Shown one piece after another: positions 61,024 through 64,000 of a stretch of DNA of 64,000 nt. The stretch spans positions 416,001-480,000 of the forward strand of contig OZ245838.1 of the NCBI GenBank assembly GCA_965228735.1, given 5' to 3'. The notes beneath the pieces are model-generated. The model ran no database searches and had not been told where the DNA came from. It worked only from the letters and a program-made list of their open reading frames with translations. The stretch comes from Planctomycetota bacterium (GTDB taxonomy: Bacteria; Planctomycetota; UBA1135; UBA2386). Within the stretch, counting starts at the first letter, position 1. Each line of letters opens with the position of its first letter. The translations under genes and the position numbers were made by a program.

Positions 61024-62715
61024 ATGAAGACATCGTGGTTGAGTTCGCTGTGCAGCGTGGCCTGCACGGTGAGTCTGATCGGATTGGTGCCCGGCCAGCA
61101 GCGGTCGAAGGTGCAGCGCCCGTACCCGGCGGATGGCCCGCGGGCGGAGCGCGGCGCGGCGGGCGAGACCCGCGGCCCGCGGGGGCGCGGCGGCGCCGCG
61201 CTGTTCCCGTTCGAGTTCCGTTCCATCGACGGCCACGGCAACAACCTGGTGCACGTCGAGTGGGGTGCCGCCGAGGTCACCCTGCTGCGCACGATGCCCG
61301 CAGCCTATGCCGACGGGATCGGCTCACCGGCCGGATCGCATCGACCGAGCGCCCGCCAGATCAGCAACATCGTCGCCGCGCAGGCCGGTTCGGTTCTCAA
61401 CCCTCTGCGCGCGTCCGACTTCGTGTGGCAGTGGGGCCAGTTCCTCGACCACGACATCGACGAGACTCCGATCGCGAATCCCGCGGAGCCATTCGATATC
61501 CCCGTTCCCGCTGGTGACGCCTGGTTCGATCCGGCCGGGACCGGGACGGTAACGATGCCGCTCGACCGTTCGGGCTACGAGATCGTGGGCGGGGTGCGCG
61601 AGCAGGTGAACCTCATCACGGCGTTCGTCGATGCCTCCAATGTCTACGGGTCGGACGACGCGCGGGCCGGTGAACTCCGCACGCTGGACGGGACCGGGCG
61701 GCTGAAGACGAGCGACGGAGACCTGCTGCCGTTCAACCTCAGCGGCTTCCCGAACGTGCCGACCTCGGGGCCGGATCTGTTCCTTGCGGGCGACGTCCGC
61801 GCCAACGAACAGGTGGCGCTCACTGCGATGCACACGCTGTTCGTCCGGGAGCACAACTTCTGGGCGGACGCCGCGCGGACCGTGTTGCCGGCATTGGACG
61901 GCGACCTCGTCTACGAGATCGCCCGTGCCATCGTGGTGGCCGAGATGCAGGCCATCACCTATCGCGAGTTCCTGCCGCTGCTCCTTGGACCGAACGCGTT
62001 GCCGCCGTATCGGGGCTACCGCGCCGAAGTGAACGCGGGAATCTCCAACGTCTTCGCGACGGCCGCATACCGGGTCGGCCACACCATGCTGTCGTCGCAG
62101 ATCCTGCGCCTCGAAGCCGATGGCTCCTTGCACGCATTGGGAGCGCTTCCGTTGGCGAGAGCGTTCTTCAACCCGCAAGAGCTCGTCGCAACCGGCATCG
62201 ACCCGATCCTGCGCGGGCTCGCCGGCCAACGGGCTCAGGCGGTCGACTCCTACATTGTCGACGACGTTCGGAACTTCCTGTTCGGCCCGCCTGGCTCGGG
62301 TGGGCTCGATCTCGTCTCGCTGAACATTCAACGTGGCCGTGATCATGGCCTGCCGTCCTACAACGAGGTGCGCAGGCGCGTGGGGCGCGACCGTGCGAGG
62401 TCGTTCGCCGATGTGACTCGGGACCAGAGCATCCGCGCACGCCTCGCGCAGGCCTACGCGGACGTCGATGACATCGACGCCTGGGTCGGCTTGCTTGCCG
62501 AGCCACGAGCACGTGAAGGGCTCGTGGGTCGCACGCTGCAGAGGGTGCTCGCCGACCAGTTCCGGCGACTTCGCGATGGTGATCGGTTCTGGTACGAGTC
62601 GTACCTCGCGCCTGAGATCGTCGCGTTCGTCGACTCGCAGCGGCTCTCGGTGATCATCCGCCGGAACACCGGCATCGGTGCGGAGTTGCCGGACGACGTG
62701 TTCCGCGTGCAGTAG
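61024..62715 (+). CDS. Secreted heme peroxidase, peroxidase-cyclooxygenase superfamily
   Basis: RSIDGHGNN, WGQFLDHDID, AGDVRANEQ, AYRVGHTM, NIQRGRDHGLP, LRDGDRFWY. Confidence 0.95.
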   Translation: MKTSWLSSLCSVACTVSLIGLVPGQQRSKVQRPYPADGPRAERGAAGETRGPRGRGGAALFPFEFRSIDGHGNNLVHVEWGAAEVTLLRTMPAAYADGIGSPAGSHRPSARQISNIVAAQAGSVLNPLRASDFVWQWGQFLDHDIDETPIANPAEPFDIPVPAGDAWFDPAGTGTVTMPLDRSGYEIVGGVREQVNLITAFVDASNVYGSDDARAGELRTLDGTGRLKTSDGDLLPFNLSGFPNVPTSGPDLFLAGDVRANEQVALTAMHTLFVREHNFWADAARTVLPALDGDLVYEIARAIVVAEMQAITYREFLPLLLGPNALPPYRGYRAEVNAGISNVFATAAYRVGHTMLSSQILRLEADGSLHALGALPLARAFFNPQELVATGIDPILRGLAGQRAQAVDSYIVDDVRNFLFGPPGSGGLDLVSLNIQRGRDHGLPSYNEVRRRVGRDRARSFADVTRDQSIRARLAQAYADVDDIDAWVGLLAEPRAREGLVGRTLQRVLADQFRRLRDGDRFWYESYLAPEIVAFVDSQRLSVIIRRNTGIGAELPDDVFRVQ

Positions 62716-62932
62716 TGGCTCTGCGGAGTGGGGCGACCCGGCTCGCCAGCGCGGGTGCGGCTTCGCCGTTACCGCGCGCGGCCCTCGGTCCGCTAGGACG
62801 CCGCGCGCGACGATGTCGATTCCCACTCGGCATCGCAACCAGGCAACTGGCCCGGTGGGCACGTAGGCTTTCCTGGCGTTGCTGGCAGCACAGCACATTC
62901 AGCCTCCAGATGCCGTTGCCAACGACAGTCCC

Positions 62933-64000
62933 TTGACCAATAGCCAAAGACCACCCGGACGCGGCTTCCGCCGCCTCAGCACGCGCCTGGTCGTCTGGGT
63001 CGTACTTTGGTCGTTGGCGATTCAGTTGCCTCTGACCCTCTACGAGGCTTACGAATCGGGTGAGACGGTCCATGCGACGATCCGGGCCCAGTCGCGCACG
63101 CTCTCGGCGCTGACGATTCAGCGAATCGGCGAGAAGCGACGGTTCGTCGAGCGGGGCGCGCGATCTCTGGCCGAGCGGCTCACCGACCGGCCGAACCTCG
63201 GCGATGAGCCCGAGGCCTTCGAGCGCGAGGTCCAGGCCTTCGTACTGTCGAGTTCCGACGTGTTCGGTTCCGCCGTCGCGTTCGAGCCGTCTGCCTTTCG
63301 CGAGGGCCGCGAGGCCTTTGCCCCGTACTTCTACAACCGTGTGAACGGCGACGTCGGGCACATCGATCTGGCCGATTCCGAATACGACTATCGGACGAGA
63401 GACTGGTACCGCGTGCCCCTGAGCACGCGCACCGGCTCGTGGTCGGGCCCTTACGCGGATGGGGGCGGTGGCGATGTCGCGGTGGCGACGTACTCGTGGC
63501 CGTTCTTCTCCGGCGATCGGCCGATCGGTGTCGTCACCGCGGATCTCGCGCTCGCGCACCTCGAGGAAATCGTTGCCGGTTTGGAGGTCAACGAAGCCGG
63601 CTATTGCTTCATCCTGGATCGCTCCGGTGCGTTCCTCTTCCATCCCAACGGCGATCATCGGAAGGGCGGCACCATCTTCGATCTTGCCCGCCAGCATGGC
63701 AGCGAGGAGCTGCGACGGATCGCGAGCGAAATGCTCGCCAACGAGTCCGGGATCTACAGGAACTACCAGAGCGTGTACTCCGGCAGGTCGGCGCTCGTCG
63801 CTTACGCCTCCGATGCAGAATCCGGGTGGTCTGTCGGGCTGGTCTACCACCACGACGTCCTGCACGCCGCGCTGGCCCGTCTCAATTGGATCCGCTCCCT
63901 CCGGGGCGGGCTCGGCGTGCTCGCCTTGATCGCCATCGTTGTCATCGCGGCGCGACGAATCACCGTGCCCTTGCGCGACCTCGCCCAGGCGACGGGGGGC
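62933..64000 (+). CDS. Membrane sensor with dCache_1 domain and start of HAMP (runs off window end)
   Basis: Manual translation: TM, FGSAVAFEP, FAPYFY, YDYRTRDWY, WSGPY, GVVTADL, FILDRSG..L.HP, TM, RRITVPLRDL; start uncertain; not in ORF track. Confidence 0.85.
   Translation, partial: MTNSQRPPGRGFRRLSTRLVVWVVLWSLAIQLPLTLYEAYESGETVHATIRAQSRTLSALTIQRIGEKRRFVERGARSLAERLTDRPNLGDEPEAFEREVQAFVLSSSDVFGSAVAFEPSAFREGREAFAPYFYNRVNGDVGHIDLADSEYDYRTRDWYRVPLSTRTGSWSGPYADGGGGDVAVATYSWPFFSGDRPIGVVTADLALAHLEEIVAGLEVNEAGYCFILDRSGAFLFHPNGDHRKGGTIFDLARQHGSEELRRIASEMLANESGIYRNYQSVYSGRSALVAYASDAESGWSVGLVYHHDVLHAALARLNWIRSLRGGLGVLALIAIVVIAARRITVPLRDLAQATGG

Noticed and set aside
62654..63865. 403-aa minus-strand ORF
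   Set aside because: Shadow of the plus-strand dCache sensor, which the ORF track missed because it runs off the window.

Overview
High-GC, gene-dense bacterial window. The gene repertoire (ECF sigma/Ser-Thr kinase-WD40 pair, sulfatase, PQQ-like propeller, Tat Gfo/Idh/MocA, ThuA domain) suggests Planctomycetota; this is inference. 1-8.7 kb is a minus-strand glutathione synthesis/use cluster (frmA, MBL hydrolase, CPYC glutaredoxin, ABC-2 pair, cyanobacterial-type gshA, gshB, gloB, bolA, grxD), interrupted by an HATPase/STAS-like gene. The rest is accessory: many secreted proteins, three ECF sigma factors, a cobalamin riboswitch, a degenerate XPB-like helicase with a DUF790 nuclease, c-type cytochromes, a complete IS256-family element with 8-bp target duplication, a heme peroxidase and several deletion remnants. 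The main system-level signal is a shared ~110-140 aa C-terminal domain on about 8-10 unrelated secreted proteins, a candidate sorting/anchoring domain, together with Gln at the +1 position of most signal peptides. Four paired DNA motifs were read directly from the sequence: two divergent ECF promoter pairs, an AraC site pair and a MarR-like operator pair. No rRNA, tRNA or CRISPR array was seen. Family calls come from motif recognition only; no database searches were run.
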